DNA of 64,000 nt from Patescibacteria group bacterium (GCA_041666145.1 JBAYHK010000001.1:3810-67809), one strand, 5' to 3'; shown: positions 49,725 to 59,589, counted from the stretch's first letter. Translations and numbers: made by a program. Notes: a model not told the origin generated them from the letters alone.

Positions 49725-50277
49725 GTTCCTCGTTCAAAATATTCAAAAGAATGCGCTCACCATCTTCTGCGCGCTCAAAATGTTCTGGATGAAACTGCAA
49801 TCCATACATCGGCCGACTCTTATGACGAAACATTTCAATACCATGATCAGATTCAGCAAGAACTTCAAAACATTCTGGCAACTCCTTCACCAGCCATCGG
49901 TGATGCTCATAAACTGAAAATTGCTCTTGGCTATTAAAAATACTCTCATGGTGAAGAACACGAATCTGCGTTATGCCAGCATGATCTTCTGCGTCCCTTT
50001 CAAGTCTTCCACCAAAAGTATCTGCGAGAAGTTCACATCCAAAACAAATGCCAATAAGGAGTTTCTTTGCGTCATGGATCAATCGAATTTCATCTTTTAA
50101 CCAAGACTCATGACCAACAATCTCAAACAAACTTCCACCAGAAAGAATGATTCCATCAAAATTCGATAATTTCACTCCTCGAATTTCATTCCATGAATAA
50201 AGATCGCATTTGCCTGGGATCGCGCGCTCTAACTGGCGCAGAAGCGTTGTCCCGTTGTCGATCAGAAGAAAATTCAT
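49717..50277 (-). CDS. Class I glutamine amidotransferase-like protein
   Basis: Start set at MNFLLIDNG; catalytic Cys context LLIGICFGCELL; His region GLQFHPE. Confidence 0.65.
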   Translation of the reverse strand: MNFLLIDNGTTLLRQLERAIPGKCDLYSWNEIRGVKLSNFDGIILSGGSLFEIVGHESWLKDEIRLIHDAKKLLIGICFGCELLADTFGGRLERDAEDHAGITQIRVLHHESIFNSQEQFSVYEHHRWLVKELPECFEVLAESDHGIEMFRHKSRPMYGLQFHPEHFERAEDGERILLNILNEELN

Positions 50278-50329
50278 AAGAAAAGCATACAATAAAAAAT
50301 CTCCGACCATCATGATCGGAGATTCTTTT

Positions 50330-50563
50330 TTACTTCTTCCATCGTGGAGCAAAACGCATGCTCCAAACAAAGAACATTACGGCCAGCGGATTCATGCCTT
50401 GTTTCAACATGGCATCGCGGCAAATCTTTTGAAAGCCTTTAAAATCTCCTTCGTAACAAAGCTTTCCGTCTCTGAAACAATACGTACAGTAATCTGGATT
50501 CTCACGCTTGCCAGGATCCTTTGAAAAAGGCATCAAACAACTCGCGCAGTTCTGTCGTGTCAT
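50330..50563 (-). CDS. Zinc-ribbon domain protein
   Basis: 77 aa; CxxC...CxxC (NCASCLMPF...YCTYCFRDG). Confidence 0.4.
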   Translation of the reverse strand: MTRQNCASCLMPFSKDPGKRENPDYCTYCFRDGKLCYEGDFKGFQKICRDAMLKQGMNPLAVMFFVWSMRFAPRWKK

Positions 50564-50707
50564 AAATTGAGGGGCTCAAAAAATGAGTTTTATTCTTTAT
50601 TACTGTCTTTATGTTTCTTTACAATCCCATAAATACCCCAAGAAATCAGAGCGAGCGATAAAACAAACCATACAATATTTTCATTTGGCATAATCCGAGA
50701 TCATTAT

Positions 50708-51277
50708 CTATTTCGCAACGCGCTCGACGTAATCACCGCTTTCGGTGTTTACAAGAACGTCGTCGCCTTCTTTAATAAAAATCGGAACGCGAATAACCAA
50801 TCCGTTATCGACTTTCGCGTCTTTAAGCACATTGCCAGACGCAGTGTCACCTTTTACTGCAGGCTCAGTTTCCATGATCTTATATTGAATCTTCAGCGGC
50901 AATTCCATAGAAATCGCCTTCTCGCCGTGCATGATGATCACAACATCAAGCCCTTCTTTCAGATACTTCGCATCTTCACCAACCATGTCTCGGCCCAACG
51001 TAATTTGTTCGTATGACTGGCCGTCCATGAACGTAAGCGTGTCTGCGTCGCTAAAGATAAACTGCATCTTTCTGTAATTCACCGTTTCAAACGTCAACGA
51101 CTCCGCAGACTTAAAGTTGTTCTCAACAACCTTTCCAGAAGAAAGCGACTTAATACGCGTTCGGACAAATGAGCTTCCCTTTCCTGGAGAAACGCGCTGG
51201 AATCCTGTAACAACCCAAAGTTCACCACCTCCCATATTAATAACGGTCCCTTTTTTAATGTCGTTTGGCGATGCCAT
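50708..51277 (-). CDS. efp: Elongation factor P
   Basis: 189 aa; KPGKG-type loop SPGKGSSFVRTRIK; three OB domains. Confidence 0.9.
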   Translation of the reverse strand: MASPNDIKKGTVINMGGGELWVVTGFQRVSPGKGSSFVRTRIKSLSSGKVVENNFKSAESLTFETVNYRKMQFIFSDADTLTFMDGQSYEQITLGRDMVGEDAKYLKEGLDVVIIMHGEKAISMELPLKIQYKIMETEPAVKGDTASGNVLKDAKVDNGLVIRVPIFIKEGDDVLVNTESGDYVERVAK

Positions 51278-51306
51278 AAGCTGCAGTATGAATCGAATGA
51301 AAGTGA

Positions 51307-52332
51307 TTAGTAGCGAAGTGATGGCGGAAACAAATGAATGCTATCAATGTCCTTTGCTCCAGCCGCAAGCATGACCAAACGGTCAACACCAAGTGCGTTC
51401 CCGTAGGTATGTGACGCCACGGATTCTAGCTGAGTAAGAAGCTCTTCGTCAATCGGGAACACTTCTTTTTTGGCCAATCTTCGCTCTTCTCCTTCAAGTA
51501 AAAATCGACGACGCTGTTCTGCACTATCTGTAAGCTCGGTAAACCCGTTGCACATTTCAAGTTCTCCAACAAACGCTTCGAAGCGTTCGGCGTATCTTCC
51601 GTCTGGTCCGACTTTCGATAATGACGCACATGGAATTGGGAACTCGCACAACATGTATCGCTCTGGCACATCGACCGTCAGCCAAACAACGGCGTAAAAA
51701 AGTCGATCGATAATTTCGTGCGTTGGTTCCTCATCAACTGGAGCATCGAGATTGAAACGGCGGCATGCATCAATAAGCTCTTTTCGACTTTCTTCAAACG
51801 GAACAAAGCCGATCACTCGTTCAAACTCGTTCACGTAACTAATTCGCTTCCATTCGTCAGATCGATGGAGCACGAAATTAATAAGCTCCCCCGTTTCTGT
51901 CATGAGCGCCCGATAATCATCGCCCTGGCAATACCATTCAAGCATCGTAAACTCAATGCTCCATCGTTGCCCCGGCATTTCACGATCTCGAAATACGGGA
52001 GCGAGCGTAAAAATTCGCTCCATGCCACCACCAAGAAGTTTCTTCATGCTGTATTCCGGGCTTGTTATCAATCCCATTCGCGTTGAATGCGCCTGCGGAC
52101 CGTCGGTATGAACGTCAACGGCAAGTGGCGACAGATTCGGTTCCATCCCAGGCGACTTCACTACAATCGGCGTTGCTACTTCAATGAAATTTCGCGATCG
52201 AAAAAACTCGCGAATACTGTCTGTAACATCATTCCAGAGTTTTGCACGAAATTCGAGGTCTTGTTTTGTAAGAGACATAGAAAATTCATTATTACAAACA
52301 AAAGAATGGCTCTCGCCACTCTTTTGAGTCAA
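51307..52332 (-). CDS. epmA: EF-P lysine aminoacylase EpmA (PoxA/GenX; truncated LysRS-like)
   Basis: Class II aaRS motif 2 FRDREMPGQRWSIEFTMLEWY; ~330 aa without an anticodon-binding domain; adjacent to efp; start may be internal (MSLTKQ). Confidence 0.7.
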   Translation of the reverse strand: MTQKSGESHSFVCNNEFSMSLTKQDLEFRAKLWNDVTDSIREFFRSRNFIEVATPIVVKSPGMEPNLSPLAVDVHTDGPQAHSTRMGLITSPEYSMKKLLGGGMERIFTLAPVFRDREMPGQRWSIEFTMLEWYCQGDDYRALMTETGELINFVLHRSDEWKRISYVNEFERVIGFVPFEESRKELIDACRRFNLDAPVDEEPTHEIIDRLFYAVVWLTVDVPERYMLCEFPIPCASLSKVGPDGRYAERFEAFVGELEMCNGFTELTDSAEQRRRFLLEGEERRLAKKEVFPIDEELLTQLESVASHTYGNALGVDRLVMLAAGAKDIDSIHLFPPSLRY

Positions 52333-52335
52333 ACA

Positions 52336-52566
52336 TTATGTCAAAACGAAAGGAAGAAGCGCGATGATGCGAGCGCGCTTGATCTCTGTAGAAATCTGAC
52401 GCTGGTGCTTTGCGCACAAACCGCTTCGCTTGCTTGCAACAATCTTACCGAATGAAGAAACAAAGCGCTTCAAAACTTCCGTATTCTTGTAGTCAATCGC
52501 AACGTCACGATTCACGCAGAAGTAACAGTATCGTTCATCTTTCTTATTGTGTGCAGAAGTTGTCAT
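52336..52566 (-). CDS. rpsR: 30S ribosomal protein S18
   Basis: 76 aa; CYFC...IDYKN...GKIVASKRSGLCAKHQRQISTEIKRARIIALLPF. Confidence 0.9.
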   Translation of the reverse strand: MTTSAHNKKDERYCYFCVNRDVAIDYKNTEVLKRFVSSFGKIVASKRSGLCAKHQRQISTEIKRARIIALLPFVLT

Positions 52567-52574
52567 AAATGATT

Positions 52575-53024
52575 TTAAAATGGAATATCTTCTAATTTGA
52601 TCTCGTCATCCGGATTCGCTGCTGGTTCATCCGCCATTGCTGCCGCGCCTGTGCTGAGCGCTGGACCAGGAGTTCCTGCAGTCGGGCTTCCGCCGCGATC
52701 AAGCATGATCATGTTTTCGGCAACGATCTCTGTTCGGTAACGCTTCTGGCCGTCTTGCCCTTCCCAATCTCTGGTTTGAATTCGACCATCAACGTAAACT
52801 TTCTTTCCCTTTACCAAGTACTGCGCACAAATCTCCCCGAGCTTTCCCCACGCAATAATGTTGTGATACTCAGGCTGATCTTTCTTTACTCCGCTTGCGT
52901 CAGTATACGAACGATTTGTCGCAAGAGAGAAGGAACAGACTGACTGACCACCTGTTGTTTTTCGAAGCTCTGGTTCGCGCGTTAAATTGCCAATAAGCAT
53001 GACCTTATTCAGAGAGCCTGCCAT
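52575..53024 (-). CDS. ssb: Single-stranded DNA-binding protein
   Basis: 149 aa; OB fold (NKVMLIGNLTREPELR); acidic tail ending DIPF. Confidence 0.9.
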   Translation of the reverse strand: MAGSLNKVMLIGNLTREPELRKTTGGQSVCSFSLATNRSYTDASGVKKDQPEYHNIIAWGKLGEICAQYLVKGKKVYVDGRIQTRDWEGQDGQKRYRTEIVAENMIMLDRGGSPTAGTPGPALSTGAAAMADEPAANPDDEIKLEDIPF

Positions 53025-53039
53025 AGGACAAAAGGATTC

Positions 53040-53519
53040 TTAGATATTTTTCATGATATCGGAATCGAGGATCTGATCGAGCTTGTCGTTAAGCTCTGCA
53101 GTAGACATTCGCGTCTTCTCTACCGCTTCTGCTGGACGATCAGTTCGTGGACGCTCTTCACGTTCTCCAGCACGACGACCTTCTGCATTCAACGGTGGAA
53201 CGTATGACGTCATACGGAATGTTGCCGCTGGAATTCCTTCTGGACGCGCAACAATCATGTGACGAAGCACAAACTCTGACAACTTCATATCCGTATCAAT
53301 TTTCTGCACTTTTTCACCGTCAACGGAAACGTACGAAAGAATGTAGGTTCCAAAACGAATGTGATCAACTGGATATGCCAATTTGATCTTTCCTAAGTTC
53401 GTAGTCTTTTCTACTTTTCCTCCTGCGTTTGTAAACACGGTCTCAATATTTGCGACTGCGCCGTCAATCTCAGAATCTGAGTACTTTGACGGGATGATTG
53501 CGATGATCTCGTAGATCAT
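53040..53519 (-). CDS. rpsF: 30S ribosomal protein S6 (with C-terminal extension)
   Basis: MIYEIIAIIP...GKIKLAYPV; in rpsF-ssb-rpsR gene order. Confidence 0.85.
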   Translation of the reverse strand: MIYEIIAIIPSKYSDSEIDGAVANIETVFTNAGGKVEKTTNLGKIKLAYPVDHIRFGTYILSYVSVDGEKVQKIDTDMKLSEFVLRHMIVARPEGIPAATFRMTSYVPPLNAEGRRAGEREERPRTDRPAEAVEKTRMSTAELNDKLDQILDSDIMKNI

Positions 53520-53734
53520 AAATGGTTGCTCGGCCCACTTTTATGGGCAGCCCCGTGGGCTTTGGACAAGAATAAGTGGCCAGACTGTACCCGAGCACCC
53601 CCTTGCCGTCAAGACAAAAATTTGCTAATCTCAGCCGTCCGCCGCGTTCGTATTAATGTCGATACGCAGCGAAGACCCTTCCAAAACCAACTTCACGCAC
53701 TTACTTTCACCGGCCACGCCGGAATGGAGACCTC

Positions 53735-55459
53735 ATGACCGCACCTGCGACAAGCACCCTTCCGCGCCGATATAAACTAAGCGTAATGCTCGGACAAGGC
53801 TCTTTCGGGGAAGTTTGGAAAGCCTGGGATGAAAATCTTCACGCACATGTCGTGATCAAAATCATGAAAGAAGACCTGGCAGAAAATGAAAGCCTCAGAC
53901 TTCGATTTTTCGAAGAGGCGCGAACCATGTTCTCTCTTACAAAGAGAGGCGGTAAATGGTGCCATCGCATAACAGAGGTTCTCGACGTAAGCAATCAAGA
54001 AGCCAAAATCCCCTACATGGTTCTCGAATTCGTTCCAAAAGGGAATTTGAAAGAAAGGCTCCAAAGAGAAAAACCGAGTATCAACGCAGCGCTACAAATG
54101 TTTCTAATGATTCTTCAGGGAATACACGTCGCGCATCATCGCATACTCGACGAAAAACCGGCTGGAGTAATTCATAGAGACATCAAGCCAGAGAACATCC
54201 TCCTCACACATTCTGGCGAACCAAAAATCACCGACTTCGGCGTTGCAAAAGCAGGACAGGTCATGACAGAAACGGGAGTTCAAGACGTTGAGTCTGGCAC
54301 CATCGTCGGCCTTCCTACAGGAACTATGGGTTATGCATCACTAGAACAGCTCGCAGACTCATCCAGCATCGGGGTTACTTCCGACATCTACAGCCTTGGA
54401 GTTGTCCTTGCCGAACTCGTTGCCGGCTTCGATCCTCGCAACTCATGTCTCTTTCTCGAAGAAACTCAGAGAACATCCCTCAGAGAAGTCCCTGATGACA
54501 TTAAAACGGTGATTGTTCGAGCATGCAACGCACAGCCGGAAAAACGCTTCCAAACCATCGACGAGCTCATGACCGCTACGGAAGCGCTGATTGCCGCTCA
54601 TCCGAAAAAAGATGGGGAATCGGCATGGACCGCAAGGGAGAAAAAGGCCGAACCAAAAAAGGAAACTCAGCGGGAAATCTATCCGACCATAGCGCCAGAA
54701 AAAGAAAGCGTGGCCCCCGTCGAGATCGAGACGAAAAAAGAACCGACCGTCGAAATTATGAAAGACGACCGGAAAAGAAGTGGGCTCCGTATATGGATCA
54801 TGTCAGGAATTGATACAAGGCTCCTTGCCCCGATCCTTGTTGTAGCGATACTCGTCATAGTCTTCGGAGTCTTGGCATTCGGACCGAAAGAATCGGTGAT
54901 CGAAACCGTTAGTGCACCAACGGAAGTTGCAGCATCAACGGAACAGGCACCGATCGCAGCCATCGAGCCGACATCGAACGAGCCAGAAATCGCTCCAGGT
55001 CCTACGGCAGTACCGATCGAAACCGAAGAGCCAGCGATTGCCAGAACCGAAGCGGAATCGATCTCTGCGCCGATCGTTACCACCGCTCCGAAATCGGAAC
55101 CAACGAAAGCGAAGACTGAGGCTCCGAAAGTAGAAGCGCCAAAGGTCGAAGCAGTAGCCGTCACGAAGGTCACCATCCGCAACCCCGTGTCGAGCATCGG
55201 CGCGGAAGGAACCATCAAAGTAGAAGCTTCCATTGTTCTGCCAGAAGGCAAGGAGATCGGAAGTGTCACGCTTCGATGGAAAGGATCGGTCGATGGATCG
55301 TGGAAATCAACGCCGTTCGACAAAGGGAAAGCTTCGGCAAGCTTCAAAGCGACTGCTGCGATGGGAACTTCAGTCCAGTACTTCGTCGACGTTCGCCTAG
55401 CCGACAAGCCAGGCGAACCGAACAGAAGCGCGACCGTGATAGCATCGATAACGCAGTGA
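53735..55459 (+). CDS. Serine/threonine protein kinase with TM segment and repeat-containing C-terminal region
   Basis: Gly loop LGQGSFGEV, VIK, catalytic HRDIKPENILL, DFG; TM helix; repeats TEAPKVEAPKVEA. Confidence 0.85.
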   Translation: MTAPATSTLPRRYKLSVMLGQGSFGEVWKAWDENLHAHVVIKIMKEDLAENESLRLRFFEEARTMFSLTKRGGKWCHRITEVLDVSNQEAKIPYMVLEFVPKGNLKERLQREKPSINAALQMFLMILQGIHVAHHRILDEKPAGVIHRDIKPENILLTHSGEPKITDFGVAKAGQVMTETGVQDVESGTIVGLPTGTMGYASLEQLADSSSIGVTSDIYSLGVVLAELVAGFDPRNSCLFLEETQRTSLREVPDDIKTVIVRACNAQPEKRFQTIDELMTATEALIAAHPKKDGESAWTAREKKAEPKKETQREIYPTIAPEKESVAPVEIETKKEPTVEIMKDDRKRSGLRIWIMSGIDTRLLAPILVVAILVIVFGVLAFGPKESVIETVSAPTEVAASTEQAPIAAIEPTSNEPEIAPGPTAVPIETEEPAIARTEAESISAPIVTTAPKSEPTKAKTEAPKVEAPKVEAVAVTKVTIRNPVSSIGAEGTIKVEASIVLPEGKEIGSVTLRWKGSVDGSWKSTPFDKGKASASFKATAAMGTSVQYFVDVRLADKPGEPNRSATVIASITQ

Positions 55460-55612
55460 CCCCTACGCCTCGGAAGCAACTCCGGGGCGTTTTTTTCGGT
55501 CACAAGGTTGACGAAAGCATTTCTTATGATATTGTTTCTTGTCCGTGTTTGTTGAAAATAAAACTCTTCTGCCTGCCGTAGGCTTGAGAAAAATTTACGG
55601 TTCGGAGCAAAA

Positions 55613-56050
55613 GTGACAGGAGCGATAAGCTACATTCTTCTTTCATTCCAAAGGACAGCAGAACAAATGATGCGGATCGACCTCCCCGTCGAAGCGCTCG
55701 ACAAAGCTATCTTCTTTTTCGGATGCTCCCACGGCTACATCATCGATCCCCACCCAGGCACACAGACAGAATGGAAAGTTGAAACCCCCCAAGACAAACA
55801 ACGTGCCTTCGGACTCAACGCTGAACTTCTTAGCGCCCTCAAGGAAGCCGAGGACGAAGGACGCGTCGGCTGGTTCACCAGAGACGACGAGACTCGACTG
55901 GAACACCACGAAAGGTGGCGACTTCTCAACGGGTTGCTCAAGCAGAACGGCCTCAATACCTTCGAAACAGAGGAGGACAAATCGTATAACACGCTAGCGG
56001 CGAGAAGACTGATTCTAGAGGCCAATCCAGGCCTCTGCGTCGTCTACTAG
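55613..56050 (+). CDS. Hypothetical protein
   Basis: 145-aa ORF, no recognisable domain. Confidence 0.3.
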   Translation: MTGAISYILLSFQRTAEQMMRIDLPVEALDKAIFFFGCSHGYIIDPHPGTQTEWKVETPQDKQRAFGLNAELLSALKEAEDEGRVGWFTRDDETRLEHHERWRLLNGLLKQNGLNTFETEEDKSYNTLAARRLILEANPGLCVVY

Positions 56051-56149
56051 TCGACCCTCCTATCCGAACGCATCACGAAAATCGTCTCAAGAAGAGGCGG
56101 TTTTTTGTTAATTCATAAAAACAAAACCGCCCACCGAAGTGAAAAACGC

Positions 56150-56176
56150 CAAACTTAGTTAGCGGCTAACGAAGTT
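56150..56176. repeat. 27-bp palindrome family E, copy E4 (acts as hairpin of the terminator for the minus-strand LRR gene)
   Basis: aaacttagttagcggctaacgaagttt; on the minus strand followed by ggcgttttt. Confidence 0.75.
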
Positions 56177-56198
56177 TGAAAAATCACACGCGCAACAA

Positions 56199-56702
56199 CT
56201 AATCAACCAAAATATTCGTTCGCAAAAGAGTATTACGAATTTGATCAAGGTCGTACGTTGAATAGTCATTCCCTCGTAAATCCAACGTTTCGAGATTTGT
56301 TAGCTGGCCAAGCTCAAGCGGCAAACCGGTAAGTTGGTTGTTTGAAAGATCAAGTGTCTTAAGATGACTCAACTGACCAACCTCTGCAGGCAAGCCAGTC
56401 ATAGCGTTGTCACTCAAATCAAGAACCTCTAATTTGCTCAGCAAACGGATCTCCGCTGGAATCGCACCAGTCAGATGATTGCCGGAAAGATCGAGTTCGA
56501 TAAGGTTCGTTTGTTTAAAAACATCCTGCGATACCTGAGTAAGACCACCATTGCTTAAATCAAGTTTCGTCCCTGAAGTCGAACGAACAGCCTCCTCCTG
56601 TTGCGTACCCGTAAAAACGTCAGCCGTCGAAACGCACCCTGCCCCTATCAAAACGAACGAAAAAGCAACAGCTAGAAACAAATTCTTCAAAGACATATGC
56701 AT
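56199..56702 (-). CDS. Secreted leucine-rich-repeat protein
   Basis: Signal peptide; ~5 LRRs (LxxLxLSxNxLTGLP). Confidence 0.75.
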   Translation of the reverse strand: MHMSLKNLFLAVAFSFVLIGAGCVSTADVFTGTQQEEAVRSTSGTKLDLSNGGLTQVSQDVFKQTNLIELDLSGNHLTGAIPAEIRLLSKLEVLDLSDNAMTGLPAEVGQLSHLKTLDLSNNQLTGLPLELGQLTNLETLDLRGNDYSTYDLDQIRNTLLRTNILVD

Positions 56703-56733
56703 TGTTATTTTTATACAACAGGCCGTATAAAAC

Positions 56734-57219
56734 TTATCGGCTTAAGACTTGTTCAATAAAAGCACTCTTCCCGGCCAGATACACACTTCCTCCGGTTGGA
56801 TCTTCTTCGAGAAGTCGGAATTTGAGCGCTTCATATTCATGGGCTGCCTCTGGGTGAGCGCGAAGATAATCTCGAAAAAGAATCTGGCGATTCCAATAAC
56901 CAAACTTATCTTTTTGCGCGAGAGAAAGATGAAAGCTTACCGGATCACCTTTTCTAAAAAATAAACGTTCTTGCGAAGAAGATTCAGGAAAGTACTGATA
57001 TCCAATTCTCGATAAGGGTTCGATGAATTGATGCGCGTTTTCAATGGAGGGAATTGCGACCGCAATATCGATAATTGGTTTCGCGGCAATACCCGGTATA
57101 GCAGTGCTACCAATGTGCTCAATCTCTAAAAGAGGATCTTCCAGAGTTTGACGGATTAAGGCACTTTCATCCAGAAATTGCCGACCCCATGAAAGGGATG
57201 ATGACTGTAAAACTTTCAT
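56734..57219 (-). CDS. GrpB-family (UPF0157) nucleotidyltransferase-like protein
   Basis: IEHIGSTAIPGIAAKPIIDIAV motif. Confidence 0.65.
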   Translation of the reverse strand: MKVLQSSSLSWGRQFLDESALIRQTLEDPLLEIEHIGSTAIPGIAAKPIIDIAVAIPSIENAHQFIEPLSRIGYQYFPESSSQERLFFRKGDPVSFHLSLAQKDKFGYWNRQILFRDYLRAHPEAAHEYEALKFRLLEEDPTGGSVYLAGKSAFIEQVLSR

Positions 57220-57252
57220 AAGGTTTTGATTCTACATCCAGCTGTCTGATTC

Positions 57253-58191
57253 TTATTTTGCGCTTGTACGTTCAAGGATTGAAAACCCATCTTGAACCGC
57301 GTCGCAGAGATAATCTTCCAGCTGACTATGGTCACCATTCGTTTGCGCTTTGTTTAAATACGTATAATATAGTCGTTTTTGTTCCTGACGAATAACGGCT
57401 GGCGCATAGTTAGCCGCAAGCATCATCGCATTCATAAGAAGCCGTCCTACGCGTCCATTACCATCAGAAAACGGATGTATCTGCTCAAAACGAGCATGAA
57501 TCTTTGTAGATATACTCACAATGTCGCCGCCGTGCTTCTTATTCGCAACCTCTCTCATAACTTCCTGCATCAAATCCGGCACACGAAGGTAATTTGCAGT
57601 AGGAACGTTCACGCCAACAATCCTCACTGCATGATTACGATACAAACCGGCATCAGGCCGAACGCCGTTCATAAGAATACTGTGAAGTTTAAGAACAAAT
57701 TCCTCATCCAGCCTCTCACCATTTTTAACATGGTCAAATAAGTAGTTTAAAGCAGTTTGATGATTCTTCGCCTCCAATTGTTCAGACATGGTCTTGCCAG
57801 ACAGAGCGACGTTATCAAAAAGAATCGCCGCCGTATCTGGCTCCGTGAGCGTGCTCCCCTCTATGCAATTACTGTGATAGGTAAGCTTTAGAATGAATTG
57901 GTCGCGAACATCTGGATGATTCAAAATTTCATCAATTACGCCTTTATATTCTGCCGACTTCTCATGCAAGAATTTCTTCTTAGCCCTAATCTGTTCGTCT
58001 GAGATAACTTTTCCTCCAGTCACCTCCAAAAAAAGGTCTTCAATTGCAGTAATCATTTTTGGACGTGGAACAGATTTGCCAGTCCACCAACCATTAAATG
58101 CCACAAAAGAAACCCCAATTCTTTCAGCCAGCTTTGTCTGAGTCACTCCCAACGAAGTTTTGATGATTTCAAGCTTTTGGCGCGTAGTCAT
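57253..58191 (-). CDS. Fic/DOC family protein with N-terminal HTH
   Basis: Fic motif HPFSDGNGRVGR; N-terminal HTH TQTKLAERIGVS. Confidence 0.85.
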   Translation of the reverse strand: MTTRQKLEIIKTSLGVTQTKLAERIGVSFVAFNGWWTGKSVPRPKMITAIEDLFLEVTGGKVISDEQIRAKKKFLHEKSAEYKGVIDEILNHPDVRDQFILKLTYHSNCIEGSTLTEPDTAAILFDNVALSGKTMSEQLEAKNHQTALNYLFDHVKNGERLDEEFVLKLHSILMNGVRPDAGLYRNHAVRIVGVNVPTANYLRVPDLMQEVMREVANKKHGGDIVSISTKIHARFEQIHPFSDGNGRVGRLLMNAMMLAANYAPAVIRQEQKRLYYTYLNKAQTNGDHSQLEDYLCDAVQDGFSILERTSAK

Positions 58192-58204
58192 AGATTAATC
58201 TCAA

Positions 58205-58256
58205 AATAGCAAACTTTATAAAGTTAGTCAAAGTACAGCAAACTTTATAAAGTTTG
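58205..58256. promoter_or_regulatory. Twin 16-bp perfect palindromes (AAACTTTATAAAGTTT x2) upstream of the HTH-Fic gene; candidate autoregulatory operator
   Basis: agcaaactttataaagtt at 58205-58222 and again at 58236-58253, 31 bp centre to centre, within 70 bp of the Fic start. Confidence 0.55.
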
Positions 58257-58309
58257 CCCAAGACCGCTCCTTTGCATCTCTTCCCCCTTTCCTCTACACT
58301 TTTTCTCCT

Positions 58310-59491
58310 ATGCAAACATTCGCCATTCTGGGCAGTCATCCAACGCTTTCTTTGGCCGAATTGGCCGTGATGACTGGGCAGAAACCAACCACAACCCATC
58401 GCGATGTCGCAATTTTCGACAGCATTGAGATGGATATTTCTCAGCTAAACGAGCGTCTTGGTGGCGTGCAGAAACTTGGCGTTATTGTTGGAAGCGTTTC
58501 GAAATGGAACCACGAAGAGTTGGCGACGTTTATTGCATCAGACCTTATCGCGAATATAGAAACTGGAAAGATTTCCTTTGGCTTAAGCGTCTACGACATG
58601 GGGAATGACTCCGCCTCTACCGAAGCGCGTCGGAATACACAAGCGCTCGGCATACAAACAAAAAAACATCTCAAAGAAGCAGAACGATCAGCGCGCTACG
58701 TTATTTCCAAGTCGCCAACGCTTTCTTCTATTGTTCTCAAAACAAATCACCTCATCGATCGTGGTGCTGAATATTGCTTTTTCATGACGCCAACAGAAAT
58801 CATTATTGGACGAACAATTGCGGTACAAGACGCAGAAGCGTGGAGCACACGAGACTTTGGCCGACCACGACGCAATGCAAAACAAGGAATGCTCCCCCCA
58901 AAACTTTCTCGCATGATGCTCAATCTTGCCGGCATTAACCTCTCACAAGCAACCGTTTTTGATCCATTCTGCGGATCTGGAACCATTCTTATGGAAGCGG
59001 CACTCCTTGGCGCAAAGTCCCTCATCGGCAGCGACATCAACGAAGAAGCGATCACGGACACAGAAGAAAATCTTGTCTGGCTAAAAGCTCAAGGCGCAAC
59101 AGTCCCGCCAACACAACTCGTCGCCGCATCTGCACAAACCGTTGCACCACAAATCGAGTTGGAATCTGTCGACCTCATCGCCACCGAAACATACCTTGGC
59201 AGGCCACGTCGTGGATCTGAAACGCGCAAAGAAGTCGAAGATGCCATTTCTTACGTTGCAAATCTTTATCACGAAGCGTTCGGCGCACTTCTTCCAACGC
59301 TAAAATCTGGCGCAACGCTCATCATCGCTGCCCCAGTCCACACATTCGAAGGCGCAGACATTGGCTTCGATGCCCGCACAATCCTTGAACCTCTTGGCTA
59401 CACCCATTCCCCTCTTCCATTCGAACCAATCATCTACCGCCACAATGACCAACTCGTCGGCCGGCGAATCTGGCGATTCATCAAAAAGTAA
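58310..59491 (+). CDS. THUMP-associated class I SAM-dependent RNA methyltransferase (RlmL/Trm11-like, UPF0020)
   Basis: Motif I FDPFCGSGTILMEAALLG; N6/N2-MTase-like motif IV region; N-terminal beta-rich domain. Confidence 0.6.
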   Translation: MQTFAILGSHPTLSLAELAVMTGQKPTTTHRDVAIFDSIEMDISQLNERLGGVQKLGVIVGSVSKWNHEELATFIASDLIANIETGKISFGLSVYDMGNDSASTEARRNTQALGIQTKKHLKEAERSARYVISKSPTLSSIVLKTNHLIDRGAEYCFFMTPTEIIIGRTIAVQDAEAWSTRDFGRPRRNAKQGMLPPKLSRMMLNLAGINLSQATVFDPFCGSGTILMEAALLGAKSLIGSDINEEAITDTEENLVWLKAQGATVPPTQLVAASAQTVAPQIELESVDLIATETYLGRPRRGSETRKEVEDAISYVANLYHEAFGALLPTLKSGATLIIAAPVHTFEGADIGFDARTILEPLGYTHSPLPFEPIIYRHNDQLVGRRIWRFIKK

Positions 59492-59589
59492 TCCTTCAAA
59501 AACAGCGTAACCCGCTGTTTTTGCTTTATGTATTGACCGAATAGTCACTTATGTTATGGTGAAATCGGCATCAACCATAGGAGGTCACA

